Assembly (NCBI GenBank): GCA_964384645.1
Contig: CAYLKL010000001.1
Coordinates: 70,856-134,371, forward strand
Reading direction: 5' to 3'
DNA from: an uncultured Candidatus Saccharibacteria bacterium
GTDB taxonomy: Bacteria > Patescibacteriota > Minisyncoccia > Phycocordibacterales > UBA9973
DNA length: 63,516 bases
The notes below the pieces were generated by a model that saw nothing but the letters and a program-made list of their open reading frames with translations, had not been told where the DNA came from and searched no databases. Position 1 is the first letter of the stretch, and each line of letters starts with the position of its first letter. Positions 1-9,289 of the stretch are shown here, piece after piece. Position numbers and translations under genes: made by a program.

Positions 1-1881
1 GGTAATACTTGAGACATCAAAAACCATTACGCGGTTGTTTTGAGAGTCGGCAACATAAAGTAGATTATTTTCAGAATCAAAAGAAAGTCCTGTTGGGTAA
101 TCCAGTGTAAATTGATCCACAGTATTTGAATTATTACCTATTACAAAATCTCCCTGCCCCAAAACATGAATCGCTGGTTCATTGTTTGAGATACTTGAAA
201 CATCAAACACCAAAACTCTATCTGAATTAGAATCTGAAACATATAGATAACTATTGTCTGCATCAAACGCTAAATCATGCGGGGCATCAAAACCAGCGGA
301 ATCATCAGAATTCCCTGAACTAACAAAATCCACTTGCCCTAAAACATAATCGGCTTCGTAGTCGACAATTTCATTGTCAACATTTAGGTCGAATACTAAA
401 ATTCTACCGACATTATTAGTAGAAATTGCAAAAAGTCTATGGTTAACTGTATCAATTTCAACAGAAATTAAATCTTCAAAACCATAAGCATTCACAGTGC
501 CTCCACCACTATTTACAACAGAATTTTCAAAAGAAATAGCCCCAAAAACATCCACTGTTCCTTCGGAGTAAAAACCTAAAACATTGCTGGCTTCTTCTCC
601 GTCCACGATATCACTTACATCAAAAATAACTATTCTGTGGGTCGCTTGATCTGATACAAAAAGTTCATCCGTATCAAAATTAAAATAAATAGCAGGAAGA
701 TTACCTGTAGAGAAAAAAGATCCGAATATTTGTAAAGAGTTATTTGGCCAATCAAAATCAAGAGAATCAAAATCCACTTGCCCTAAAACATTTACAGCCG
801 ATTCACCACTCACAATATCCTCTACATCAAAAACCATTACGCGGTTGTTTCCAGAATCAGCAACAAAAAGTGACCCTCCGGCAACTTCCAAACCTTGTGG
901 AACATTTAAGCCAAAATTTCCAACACCACCAGAGGTTGTTTCAAAATCCGTCTGTCCCAAAACATTTACTGCTGGTTCCCCGTCGGTAATACTTGAGACA
1001 TCAAAAACCATTACGCGGTTGTTTTGAGAGTCGGCAACAAAAAGAGAGTCTGTGGATGATTCATAAGTAAGATCGTATGGCGTGTTTAAAAAAGTATCCC
1101 CACTACCCGATGTCCCAACCTCAAAACCATCGATCTGTCCCAAAACATTTACTGCAGGTTCTCCATTTGATATTTCTGTGACATCAAAGACCATTACACG
1201 GTTGTTTTGAGAATCGGCTACAAATAAATTTGTACCACTAGAATCAAGCGCTATACCCAATGGCTGATTTAATCCAGTATCCTTCAAATGACCTTCCGCT
1301 GATTCAAAATCCACTTGCCCCAAAACGTATGCCGCAGCCTGACCGTTTGAAACATTTGAAATATCAAAGACCAAAACACGATTATTATTCGTATCAGAAA
1401 CAAACAACCGTTCATTATCTTGATCAACAACAAGGTAAATTGGAGTGTTTAAACTTATAACATCTACGCCCACATTATTAGTTGAAAAATCCACTTGCCC
1501 AAAAACATAATCAGCTTCGTAGTCAACAATTTCATTACTTTCATTTAGATTGAATACTAAAACTCTATTGTTTAAAGCATCAGCGATAAACATTCTATGG
1601 TTTACATAATCGATTCCCGTATCTCCAGGCAGATCAAACCCAAGAGGGCCGATGGCGCCTGAATTATTTGAAGCAAAAGCGCTCTCGGTCAGGTCTGGCG
1701 AAAAAGTTGGAGTTGTACTATGTTCAAGTTGCCCTAAAACATTTTGTGCAGGAATTTGCCCAACTGCCCTAACCAAATCAAACCTTATTGCAATTTGACC
1801 AAGAATTATAAACAAAACTATAGCAAAAGCTAAAGCTCTTAACATTTCTGTTTGTCTTGCTCTTTGAAATACAACTCTCAT
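1..1881 (-). CDS. Secreted or membrane-anchored NHL-repeat beta-propeller protein (3' end lies outside the window)
   Basis: Hand translation from ATG at 1881 is open to position 1. A hydrophobic N-terminus (ALAFAIVLFIILGQ) precedes about ten repeats of the type LFVADSQNNRVMVFDV...PAVNVLGQxDF. It is absent from the ORF track because it runs off the edge. Confidence 0.9.
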   Translation of the reverse strand, partial: MRVVFQRARQTEMLRALAFAIVLFIILGQIAIRFDLVRAVGQIPAQNVLGQLEHSTTPTFSPDLTESAFASNNSGAIGPLGFDLPGDTGIDYVNHRMFIADALNNRVLVFNLNESNEIVDYEADYVFGQVDFSTNNVGVDVISLNTPIYLVVDQDNERLFVSDTNNNRVLVFDISNVSNGQAAAYVLGQVDFESAEGHLKDTGLNQPLGIALDSSGTNLFVADSQNNRVMVFDVTEISNGEPAVNVLGQIDGFEVGTSGSGDTFLNTPYDLTYESSTDSLFVADSQNNRVMVFDVSSITDGEPAVNVLGQTDFETTSGGVGNFGLNVPQGLEVAGGSLFVADSGNNRVMVFDVEDIVSGESAVNVLGQVDFDSLDFDWPNNSLQIFGSFFSTGNLPAIYFNFDTDELFVSDQATHRIVIFDVSDIVDGEEASNVLGFYSEGTVDVFGAISFENSVVNSGGGTVNAYGFEDLISVEIDTVNHRLFAISTNNVGRILVFDLNVDNEIVDYEADYVLGQVDFVSSGNSDDSAGFDAPHDLAFDADNSYLYVSDSNSDRVLVFDVSSISNNEPAIHVLGQGDFVIGNNSNTVDQFTLDYPTGLSFDSENNLLYVADSQNNRVMVFDVSSIT

Positions 1882-1997
1882 GTATTCAAATTTTAACATA
1901 GTGATGCGTTAATTTTACCAGAAATTACAAAAAAGATGCGAGTTTTTCAAAAATCAAAGTATGTTAAAATTATAAAAACCTTAAAAAAACTAAAAAT

Positions 1998-3089
1998 ATG
2001 GGAACGCGAACAGTTAAATACAACAAAGAAAGCAACTCGGCGTTTTCGAAAACGCTGAAGGCACGAGTAGATTATTACTTTGAAACCAACAATATCAAAA
2101 AAACTGGCGGAAAAGACTTACTCCTTAAGGCGATAATTCTACTAACTTTAGGGTTTACTACTTATGGATTGATTATTTATTACCTCTCCAATGGATACAT
2201 TCTAATTCCATTTATTCTGAATTTCTTTATGGGATTTATTCTTGCGGGTATTGGCTTTAATGTTATGCATGACGCAAGTCATAAATCTTTTTCTGAAAAA
2301 TCTTGGGTCAATGATCTTATGTTGCTAACACTTGAGCTTATGGGGGCTTGTTCTGTTTTTTGGGTAATAAAACATGTTTTTCTTCATCATAGTTTTGTAA
2401 ATGTTGAAGAATTAGATGACGATATCCATACAGGAATTTTAAGAATGGGCCCAGAGCAAAAACTAAAATGGTTCCATCCTTACATCCAAAGATATTGGCT
2501 TCCGGTAGTCATTTTATATGCCATGCTTTATATCTACTGGGTTTGGGTAAATGATTTTAAGAAATATTTTTCTAGAAAAATCCACAACTACGAAATCCCT
2601 AAAAAGAAATTTACATTTCAAATGCATTTTATTTTTTGGTTCAGCAAAATAAGTTATTTTTTCTGGACAATAGGTCTTCCTTGGATTGTAAGTGATCTTG
2701 GTACAGCTGTTTTGTGCTACCTTCTAATGTCTAGCACGACTGGAATCATTATTGCTCTTGTGTTTCAATTGGCACACATTGTTGAGGCTAGTAAATTTAC
2801 GAAATCCTTTGATGGAGAAATGTCTCATTCGTGGGAAGAACAGCAACTATTTGAAACTATTAATTTTCAAACCGATAGCAAAATACTACGCTTCTATATC
2901 GGTGGCCTTAATCATCAAATAGAGCACCATTTATTTCCAAATATTTCTCATATTCACTATCACAAGATCCAGCAAATCGTAGAAAAAGTATGTGAAGAGT
3001 TTGGAGTTCCTTATGTAAATTTATCCTTAACTAAAGCTATGAAATCGCACTTTCAAAAACTAAAACAGCTAAGTAAAAAATCTACTTAG
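1998..3089 (+). CDS. Membrane fatty-acid (acyl-CoA/acyl-lipid) desaturase, linoleoyl-CoA desaturase-like
   Basis: Three His boxes (HDASH, HVFLHH, HQIEHH), multiple TM segments, and a GGLNHQIEHHLFP motif. Confidence 0.9.
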   Translation: MGTRTVKYNKESNSAFSKTLKARVDYYFETNNIKKTGGKDLLLKAIILLTLGFTTYGLIIYYLSNGYILIPFILNFFMGFILAGIGFNVMHDASHKSFSEKSWVNDLMLLTLELMGACSVFWVIKHVFLHHSFVNVEELDDDIHTGILRMGPEQKLKWFHPYIQRYWLPVVILYAMLYIYWVWVNDFKKYFSRKIHNYEIPKKKFTFQMHFIFWFSKISYFFWTIGLPWIVSDLGTAVLCYLLMSSTTGIIIALVFQLAHIVEASKFTKSFDGEMSHSWEEQQLFETINFQTDSKILRFYIGGLNHQIEHHLFPNISHIHYHKIQQIVEKVCEEFGVPYVNLSLTKAMKSHFQKLKQLSKKST

Positions 3090-3090
3090 C

Positions 3091-3120
3091 AAAAACACCC
3101 CTTTCGTAGGGGTGTTTTTT
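3091..3120. terminator. Bidirectional intrinsic terminator
   Basis: aaaaacacccct-ttcgt-aggggtgttttt between convergent genes. Confidence 0.85.
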
Positions 3121-3132
3121 AATTAAGAAAAT

Positions 3133-3828
3133 CTAAAAAAGTAATTTCTGTGCAAAGTTATGAATTATAAACAAAGCTTCTTTCTGCTTTTCGTTTGCTA
3201 TCTTTTTTGTATTTTCAATTATATTTTCTAAAGTATTAAAATTTTGTTCTGTATTATCAAGTGGACTAATAGAAATATTGTAATTTTTATAAAGGTTTTC
3301 ATATTCTCGAATCACTCCCTCAAGTGGGTCTTTTTCATTTCTTGCTAACTTTTTAATTGTATTAAAAATAAAACAAATAAAAAAATCTATTCGATAATTT
3401 TTATCTACTGCTACTTTTTTAGAATTAAAAGTAGTCTCCCCTACAGGAAGATCAATTCCAAATAATTTCTTCCCGTCTTTAATTTTATACGCGCTTGCTA
3501 AGGGACATAAATATATATCTACAACCGAAATCACCTCCACTGTTTTAATAAGCATTGCCGTATGTACACCGTTGATTGGTGCATTCTGTGGCGCCTCACA
3601 GGAGTGAATTAAAGTCCCTAATCTTCTGTAGTTTTCAAATCGATTTTTATAGACCTCTTCATACTCTTCATCTTTAAATGTAAACCAAATATCTATGTCA
3701 CTATAAAAATCAGCATCTCCACGTGCAACTGACCCAAAAACATGAGCCTCGATTGCGCTATCAATAAATAGATTTCCTAACTTTTTTAAAATTTCCTCTC
3801 TTGTTGAAACTAGAACATATTTATCCAT
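3133..3828 (-). CDS. Nucleotidyltransferase (Pol-beta superfamily) with C-terminal helical domain
   Basis: FGSVARGDADFYSDIDIW matches the GS-x-D-x-D NTase motif. Confidence 0.8.
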   Translation of the reverse strand: MDKYVLVSTREEILKKLGNLFIDSAIEAHVFGSVARGDADFYSDIDIWFTFKDEEYEEVYKNRFENYRRLGTLIHSCEAPQNAPINGVHTAMLIKTVEVISVVDIYLCPLASAYKIKDGKKLFGIDLPVGETTFNSKKVAVDKNYRIDFFICFIFNTIKKLARNEKDPLEGVIREYENLYKNYNISISPLDNTEQNFNTLENIIENTKKIANEKQKEALFIIHNFAQKLLF

Positions 3829-3851
3829 GGGATTGATTATAACACCCTGGA

Positions 3852-4430
3852 TTATTCATTCTCTAAAATATCAGACGGTAATATTTTTATATTATCTGGA
3901 TTAAAAACTACATATTGATCTGTAAAATCGCTATCGTGATTTACTATTATTCCGTCATATTGCTCTTCTAATTGTTTTTTTGTAGCCCCACCATAATAAA
4001 GGTCCATTAGCTGTTGGTGGTTTTCTAAAACAAGAGGTTTGGTAATTTTAATAAAACAAGAAAATGTCTTAACATTTGATTCGTGATTGTTTAAATATTC
4101 TGTCCGATCTTTGGAAATCAAATCATTTTCTGAATCCTCTCTAGAAAGAAGTCTTTCAAATCGATCTGTGGAATCAATATAATTCTGCTTCATATAATCT
4201 ACGGTAGCTTTTCTATCTGAAGAAAAATAAACACCCCAGGAAGACCAATCACCCTCTTCTGAAGACTTAAGGTTTAAACCTTCAAAATTTTTAATAGTTG
4301 TTGCATGGAAGACCTTTAAAGGTCTTCCATTATTATCAACAACCACACTACCTTTAAACCATTTTTCAAAATCAGGATCTTCTTGTTTCTTTGTCTCTTT
4401 TATTTCTAACTCTTTATTCGCAAATTCCAT
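3852..4430 (-). CDS. ADP-ribosyltransferase-like protein resembling the ART-PolyVal domain
   Basis: WFKGSVVVDNNGRPLKVFHAT...GVYFS...ITKPL...YDGII...YVVFNPDNIK follows the recalled ART-PolyVal pattern. Not database-checked. Confidence 0.65.
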   Translation of the reverse strand: MEFANKELEIKETKKQEDPDFEKWFKGSVVVDNNGRPLKVFHATTIKNFEGLNLKSSEEGDWSSWGVYFSSDRKATVDYMKQNYIDSTDRFERLLSREDSENDLISKDRTEYLNNHESNVKTFSCFIKITKPLVLENHQQLMDLYYGGATKKQLEEQYDGIIVNHDSDFTDQYVVFNPDNIKILPSDILENE

Positions 4431-4528
4431 TTAAAAACTATACCAGATTTTAAAAATATAGGGTAAGCAAAAGTTTTACTGCTTAGTTGCCTCAACTAAA
4501 AAAAGACCACGCAAGAATGTTTAATATT

Positions 4529-4688
4529 GAGAGAATTGATCCTTACAGGATCAGTGCAGGTTTCCCATTTTTTAAAAGCACAGCTTTTAAAAAATAAGGG
4601 AGAACCTTTTCAATTCTCTCGCGCAAGCAAAGCAGTTTGCTTGCTTAGTCACCCCATAAAAAAATCTCCCATTTGGGAGATTTTTTTA
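4529..4688. repeat. tRNA-His 3'-mirror element with 25-nt hairpin insert, plus terminator
   Basis: 4609-4620 ttcaattctctc + 25 nt (4621-4645) + tagtcaccccat is an inverted copy of the tRNA 3' end. Hairpin apex at 4671-4674. A second arm gagagaattga lies at 4529-4539. Confidence 0.85.
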
Positions 4689-4763
4689 TGGGGTGACTAG
4701 AGAGAATTGAACTCTCGATACCGGTTCCACAAACCGGAGTTTTACCACTAAACTATAGTCACC
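4689..4763 (-). tRNA. tRNA-His(GTG), with G-1 and encoded CCA
   Basis: Cloverleaf with anticodon arm ccggt-tt GTG ga-accgg and 8-bp acceptor including G-1:C73. Confidence 0.95.
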
Positions 4764-4806
4764 ATGAAACTCCTTTTTACCACAAAACTTAGCGAAGGAA
4801 AACCCC

Positions 4807-5799
4807 CTACCCCTTAAGGAGTCTTTTTTCCATAATCCTACTTACCAAATAAGCCACAACCAAAAGTCCGACATAAACAGAGATCAAGGTTTCAAATGGC
4901 CATGGAATATTCCTAATTGAACCCAAAATAAATATAAAAACCCAAGAAGTTATAGAAATCGCCCCTGAAAAGAAAGCCAAATGCTTCAAATGCTTTAGTT
5001 CTTTTTGATCATCTTTGTAATCCTCGTCAAAACTTATTTCAACAAGTCTTGGGGCGATCAAAAAATTCAACATAAATCCATTTATAACAAGAACAATTAC
5101 TGCAATAATTTTTGTAAGGAACTTTCCAGAATCAAGTAGTCTTTCAGACTGTGGCCAAAATAATCCTACACCAGTTACAATCAAGACAATAATTGCTGAC
5201 CAAATAATATTAGACAGGGTTCTCAAAGTGTCTGCTTCTTCATTTGAAATTCTCAAATCTTTTAGAAACTTAAAGAAAAACAAATCTGTAATAACCGCAC
5301 CGCCGAGCCCCAAAGAAACCCCCAAAACATGTAAGATAATCAAAGAGTCTCTATTCGCCAAAAACACACTTGCCATTGGGACATCTATAGAAAAAGCGGT
5401 TGCTATAAAGATAATAGTAGAAGCAATTGCAGAAAATACACACCAGGTACACCACTCTTTCAAAATAAATCCCTGAACACCGACCAAATACATTGAAAAC
5501 ATAAATGCCCCCAAAGAAACAGTGTAAATAGAAAAATAAATATGACTATCGTATGCGATTGGAAAAATTAAAAATAATAAATGAAAAACAATAACAGCTA
5601 AATAATACAATACCCCAACTATCTCATTTCTTATTCCGAGTGTTTTTGAATATGCGCTATGAATAACGCTATCACAATTTGCCCTCATTGGACAAACCAA
5701 AGGTTTTTTCTTTGTCTTTTTTATAAAAATATGACTAGCAATTGCTATACCAAAAACAGCGGCGCAAATTGCTAAAATATGAAAGAATTGACTATCCAT
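4807..5799 (-). CDS. Vitamin K epoxide reductase (VKOR) family protein fused to an additional multi-TM domain
   Basis: C-x5-C (CPMRANC), VIHSAYS, and the CxxC motif WCTWC, followed by about 5 more TM helices. Confidence 0.85.
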   Translation of the reverse strand: MDSQFFHILAICAAVFGIAIASHIFIKKTKKKPLVCPMRANCDSVIHSAYSKTLGIRNEIVGVLYYLAVIVFHLLFLIFPIAYDSHIYFSIYTVSLGAFMFSMYLVGVQGFILKEWCTWCVFSAIASTIIFIATAFSIDVPMASVFLANRDSLIILHVLGVSLGLGGAVITDLFFFKFLKDLRISNEEADTLRTLSNIIWSAIIVLIVTGVGLFWPQSERLLDSGKFLTKIIAVIVLVINGFMLNFLIAPRLVEISFDEDYKDDQKELKHLKHLAFFSGAISITSWVFIFILGSIRNIPWPFETLISVYVGLLVVAYLVSRIMEKRLLKG

Positions 5800-6136
5800 T
5801 TGAAATTTTATTATAAATATTATTAATTTTAGCAGCTAAGATAAAATCATTTTCTGAAAGTCCTTTTATTGCATGTGTCATCAATGTAAGGTTAACTAAG
5901 TTAAAACTAACAAAAATATCGGGGTGATGCCCTTCGCTCTCAGCCAAGTCCGCAACCGAATTTACAAAATCGATTGAATTAATAAACTTTTTAAATCTAA
6001 ATTTTCTTTCAATCTTTTTGGAATCATTATAAATTTCCCAACCTGGCGTATCCAATAAATAAACATGTGCAGTTTCAGCATCAAATGGATCAACACCACC
6101 CTCACACGGTTTGCATTTTTTTGAAAGTAAATCCAT
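5792..6136 (-). CDS. phhB: Pterin-4a-carbinolamine dehydratase
   Basis: KKCKPCEGG and AESEGHHPDI...LMTHAIKGLSENDFILAAKI. Start reassigned to ATG 6136. Confidence 0.9.
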   Translation of the reverse strand: MDLLSKKCKPCEGGVDPFDAETAHVYLLDTPGWEIYNDSKKIERKFRFKKFINSIDFVNSVADLAESEGHHPDIFVSFNLVNLTLMTHAIKGLSENDFILAAKINNIYNKISNG

Positions 6137-6215
6137 TATATTACACAACCAAGAACACAATCTTGGATACTTTAATTATTAATTTGCCGTTATGGTTAAG
6201 CATTTTTATTAAAAA

Positions 6216-8828
6216 CTATTTGCACATAGCTCCTGTGGCCGGCTTTGTTAAAACGCTATATTTACCAGTAGCATCAACACAAGCGTATTCACCAGTAGAA
6301 AGAGGGCTGAAGACAGAATATTCAGACGCAGTGCTTACACATTGAGCAGTTTTACTAACTGCAGACTGCAACCCCCTGCTAAATATCAAATAACTCTGAC
6401 TTCCACACAATCCTGAAAAAGAATTTTGATTTTCAGTTTTGTAAATTTTTGCAATATTAACAAAAGCCGTTATTGTTTCTTTTGTATAAACATCTTCTGA
6501 AATAGATTCCTTAGAACTAACGCAAGCAAGCGTTGAGCCTAAAACACCCGCTTCGTCTGAATCGGTAATTTTTGACTTGTCTACACAAAGATATTTATTG
6601 TCTGAATATTTAGCCCCAACCAAAAAACCAGAAGAACCATCTTTACAAATCGGTGTTATGTTTGGAGAAATAGTTTCAAGCTCTTTGAATCTACCTGAAA
6701 AACCCGAAGATGCATCTTGGCAAATTCCTGTAAAATTATTTTTATTAAGATTTTTAAAATTATTTGAGATACTCTGTAAATCAACAAAAATTTTTCTTAT
6801 TGAATCCTTAAGCTCCCCTTCCGCAAAAGAAATGTCACCGTTTGTAATTTCTGGCTTTATAAAATTACCAGGCAGAGAAATATCTTGTTTTTGATTATAA
6901 GAATTTATTTCTATATTCAAAGAACTAGTTGCAACATTTCCCATAGTGCTCAATACTGCAACAATCCTAACAGGTAATCCATTTTGATCAATCCATATTG
7001 TTCCCTCTTTTACCTCAACAGAACTTAACAAGTTTTTTATCTGATTCACAGAAGATTCATAACCACTCGAACCACTAGATAAAACAGACAACTGCTCTAG
7101 ATACAAACTTAACGCCTCCTTATTTAGCTCAAAAGAATACACATTTACATTATTGCCATTTATTTCTTCAGAACCTTTTTCGTAAACTAAAGTTAGAATT
7201 GGAAATTTACTAAAAAGTTGCCTAATACTAACTGCAGTTTTTTCGTCCAATACAGCGCCACTATCAGCAACTACCCCATTTGGCAGAGTTCCAGAAAGCA
7301 TGCTTGGTAAAAATGATTGAAAGAATGGCCCACCCAATTGAATCCATTGATTTTTGAAGGAAAAATCTTCGTATGTTGTGTACGCATAAGAAGCAGTATT
7401 AGTACTAACCACATTAAAGTTTAACTCTTTTCCATTTTTAATATTTACCTCAAAATTTGAAATTTTATTACTGGAATCAGAAACGTCTACAAATGCTTTT
7501 ATTTTAGCTGTTAATAAATTTGGATCTTCTGATGTTGGGAAGATTCCGCTCAAAACTGGACCACTGGCAGTAATCTCAAAATCAGCAGAAGAAACATTTT
7601 GGAAATTTTGCATAAACTTTGAGTCTTTAGATATACCTCGGTGGAAAAAAGTTAAATAACCATAACCAGCCCCACCTAAAATAATAAGAACTGCTAAAAT
7701 AATTCCTATTTTTTTTAAAAAACCCCCTCCCTTTTTTTCATCCTCGATAACATCATTTTCAATAATATTAGGATTTGCCTGACTAGCCATCTGAATTGGC
7801 ATTTTAGCTTGCGCCTCTCTCAATGTTGTACTCTCTGGTTTATTTTTTTGATACAAATCAGAAGGCACAACTCCAACAGGAGAAGCGACTCGTTCGCCCG
7901 AGGCAACACCCTGAGCTTCAGGTGTTGCAAATTTTCCATAACTTGATGGCTCCATTTTATTGAACTGAGTCTGTAAATTATTTCCAAAAACTTTTGGACC
8001 AAATGTTTTTGGTTTTAACATTGGTTGACCAATAGTCCTCCCCGCCTCTGTTGTTGTTTCTGGTTTTTTGTCAGAAAAAGTTAATGGTCCTGAGTCTTTT
8101 TTAGAAACTTCTGATGTATTTGTTGTTAGTGATTTATAAAAATCATTATTTGCATCAACCAGTGATTCTGGCTCTATCTTTATTTCTGGCTGTTTAACTT
8201 CGTTTGGTTGTATCACGGCACCAAATTGAACTTTTTTATCTGTCTGTATTTCACCAAGCGGTTTTGAACCAAAAGTTTTTGGCATAAAAACAGGACCTTC
8301 AGATTTTACTTCAATTGGTCGTATAGTATTTTTCTCATCAGTAACTGGCTCGGGCTGGGTGTCAGTTTGAAATTGTTGCTGAAGTTTTGGATTTATTTGA
8401 AATATTGGTTCTGGTCGACTAACGGCAACCGGCTCAACAACCGCCCGTGGTTGAATTTGTGGTTCGGCTATTGGTTCTGATTTAACAATAGGCTCACTTG
8501 CCTGTGTATTTTGTGCAGGTTGTGGTTGAAATGTTGTTTGTGGCGATTGAACTGGCTGAACACTTACTGGCTCGACTCGTGGCTGACTTATTTGTGGCTG
8601 AGAAAATCCTGATGTTTGCTGTGGCTGGGCACCTGAAAATCCTGGTCGCATAATGGACGCTACTTCACCTTGTGTATTTTGAGGCTTCGCACCTAACACT
8701 GTAGAAAAAGCCTGATCAACATCATCTTGTTTCCATTTATGATCTATTAAAATTTTTCTAACAGTTTCTTCAGAATGCCCAATCTCCAACTGCTTTTTAA
8801 TATACGATAGTAATTCTTCTGTAATCAT
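6216..8828 (-). CDS. Large bitopic envelope protein: helical N-domain, P/Q-rich linker, TM, extracytoplasmic domain, two Cys-rich pilin-like modules
   Basis: N-terminus YIKKQLEIGHSEETVRKIL...WKQDDVDQAF, TM IGIILAVLIILGGAGYGYL, and two similar modules ending YLCVDKSK and YACVDATG. Confidence 0.75.
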   Translation of the reverse strand: MITEELLSYIKKQLEIGHSEETVRKILIDHKWKQDDVDQAFSTVLGAKPQNTQGEVASIMRPGFSGAQPQQTSGFSQPQISQPRVEPVSVQPVQSPQTTFQPQPAQNTQASEPIVKSEPIAEPQIQPRAVVEPVAVSRPEPIFQINPKLQQQFQTDTQPEPVTDEKNTIRPIEVKSEGPVFMPKTFGSKPLGEIQTDKKVQFGAVIQPNEVKQPEIKIEPESLVDANNDFYKSLTTNTSEVSKKDSGPLTFSDKKPETTTEAGRTIGQPMLKPKTFGPKVFGNNLQTQFNKMEPSSYGKFATPEAQGVASGERVASPVGVVPSDLYQKNKPESTTLREAQAKMPIQMASQANPNIIENDVIEDEKKGGGFLKKIGIILAVLIILGGAGYGYLTFFHRGISKDSKFMQNFQNVSSADFEITASGPVLSGIFPTSEDPNLLTAKIKAFVDVSDSSNKISNFEVNIKNGKELNFNVVSTNTASYAYTTYEDFSFKNQWIQLGGPFFQSFLPSMLSGTLPNGVVADSGAVLDEKTAVSIRQLFSKFPILTLVYEKGSEEINGNNVNVYSFELNKEALSLYLEQLSVLSSGSSGYESSVNQIKNLLSSVEVKEGTIWIDQNGLPVRIVAVLSTMGNVATSSLNIEINSYNQKQDISLPGNFIKPEITNGDISFAEGELKDSIRKIFVDLQSISNNFKNLNKNNFTGICQDASSGFSGRFKELETISPNITPICKDGSSGFLVGAKYSDNKYLCVDKSKITDSDEAGVLGSTLACVSSKESISEDVYTKETITAFVNIAKIYKTENQNSFSGLCGSQSYLIFSRGLQSAVSKTAQCVSTASEYSVFSPLSTGEYACVDATGKYSVLTKPATGAMCK

Positions 8829-8859
8829 CTATATATAGTATAAACGATTTTTACTTTTT

Positions 8860-9264
8860 TTATTGTGGATTTTCGTTAATTCGCACATAAAGTTCAAATA
8901 ACTGCATTGCTTCTGGGTCTTGATTGTCTGTATAAACTGGAATTTTACCCAAACACAACTTCTGATCTTTTAACTCATCGCAATTTTTTTCACCCCCTAC
9001 TGTTACATTTATTTCTTTATTTGCAGAATTTTTATTGTACACAAAAACACCAACAACCTCTTTTCCATTTTTGCCACCAAACATTTCTTCAAACGCCCAA
9101 GTTGGTGGATACGGAAATTCTCTATTTTGATATTTAAAAGTCTCCCAAGTAGAAGTGAGTCCGTCTGTTGGAATAGTATCTTTTCGCTGCTTTAAAATAA
9201 AAGCGAAAATTCCAAGAACTACAATCACTAAAATAATTATTAAAAATTTTTTTGTCGAATCCAT
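8860..9264 (-). CDS. Hypothetical N-terminally anchored protein
   Basis: N-terminal TM followed by WETFKYQ...FPYPPTW. Confidence 0.65.
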   Translation of the reverse strand: MDSTKKFLIIILVIVVLGIFAFILKQRKDTIPTDGLTSTWETFKYQNREFPYPPTWAFEEMFGGKNGKEVVGVFVYNKNSANKEINVTVGGEKNCDELKDQKLCLGKIPVYTDNQDPEAMQLFELYVRINENPQ

Positions 9265-9289
9265 TTGTAATTTAAATTATACACACAAA

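Noticed and set aside
744-1460. Plus-strand ORFs 744-989, 845-1027 and 1260-1460
   Set aside because: They are antisense shadows of the NHL gene.
1-1560. Regularly spaced DNA repeats resembling a CRISPR array
   Set aside because: They are in-frame NHL protein repeats within a single minus-strand ORF, and no cas genes are present.
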